64,000 nt of DNA from an uncultured Planctomycetota bacterium. GTDB taxonomy: Bacteria > Planctomycetota > Planctomycetia > Pirellulales > Lacipirellulaceae. The stretch is taken from contig CAVRBU010000011.1 of the NCBI GenBank assembly GCA_963719315.1, forward strand, positions 32,001 to 96,000, in the 5' to 3' direction. The notes under the pieces are model-generated. The model was not told the origin of the DNA. It saw nothing but the letters and a program-made list of their open reading frames with translations, and searched no databases. The position numbers and the translations under genes are program-made. Shown piece by piece: positions 63,608-64,000 of the stretch (the first letter of the stretch is position 1; the number at the start of each line of letters is the position of its first letter).

Positions 63608-64000
63608 TTCGAGGTTTCCTTTCCTATTCGCGACCGGGGTGCGGCATTCCACAAAGTCTTGGTAGGTCCCTTCTGCCGGAAGGGACCTTAGCGAATTCAC
63701 AAGGTTGCAAAGCAGGCGCAGGTTCCGTTCGGCAGGCGGGACCGGCAGTGCTGTACATCCGTCAATATCGCGGCTCGACGCGCGGGGGGCAAGCGGCGAG
63801 ATGGGATAGACGTGATTGAGGGAGTTAATAATCGTTTTGGGTGGTACATGGGCATTGGACGGGCTGCGGTCGCAGCCGCGTTGCCGCGGCCGCTAGCGTA
63901 GGTTACACTGCATCGTCCGCAATTTGGTGCTGCCATTCGTCCCACGTTAGGCTGACTTGCCGGATGCGGCGGGGGGCGTCATCGGCGTCCTGGTGCCGGC

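Noticed and set aside
62016..63960. 11-bp direct repeat GGCTGACTTGC (62016-62026 / 63950-63960) around the nuclease-like gene
   Set aside because: Short, one copy lies inside the CDS, and there is no recombinase; compatible with chance
1..64000. CRISPR array or cas genes
   Set aside because: No regularly spaced direct repeats with unique spacers and no Cas-like ORFs seen
63947..64000. Possible 3' end of a minus-strand CDS running off the window
   Set aside because: Only about 17 codons are visible, so it cannot be supported

Overview
High-GC bacterial DNA, most consistent with a Planctomycete of the Pirellulales/Lacipirellula type: it has a Planctomycete 'E.LE.R.LL' extracellular motif, dockerin and PEP-CTERM proteins, an SHD1-domain protein, a Cys-rich lipoprotein and heptamer palindromes. 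The first 16 kb is accessory and bracketed by two diverged copies of a DUF433/PIN toxin-antitoxin remnant. It holds a large secreted sugar-dehydrogenase-like protein, an ackA-xfp-H+-ATPase operon, a complete IS110 element (plus the end of a second copy at the window edge with the same target flank) and an FG-GAP protein. Next come a B12 acyl-CoA mutase/MeaB/carboxyltransferase/AtuA/acyl-CoA dehydrogenase operon, an ABC exporter fused to a CPBP protease, tRNA-Arg(UCG) inside a 105-bp inverted repeat, purH, a ctpA-like protease, a TA pair, CHRD proteins, dapL, a REP-flanked RAYT transposase, a radical SAM gene, an MsbA-like ABC transporter, an atypical FabZ-ACP-FabZ-FabF cluster, sufSU, rsmE and a putative coiled-coil nuclease. 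The best leads are the IS110 junction, target and candidate-guide architecture, a 122-bp MITE carrying a REP hairpin, the ICM-like mutase operon, the atypical FASII cluster and a structured intergenic RNA candidate. Six genes carry single frameshifts that look like consensus errors. All product calls come from motif recognition only; no searches were run.
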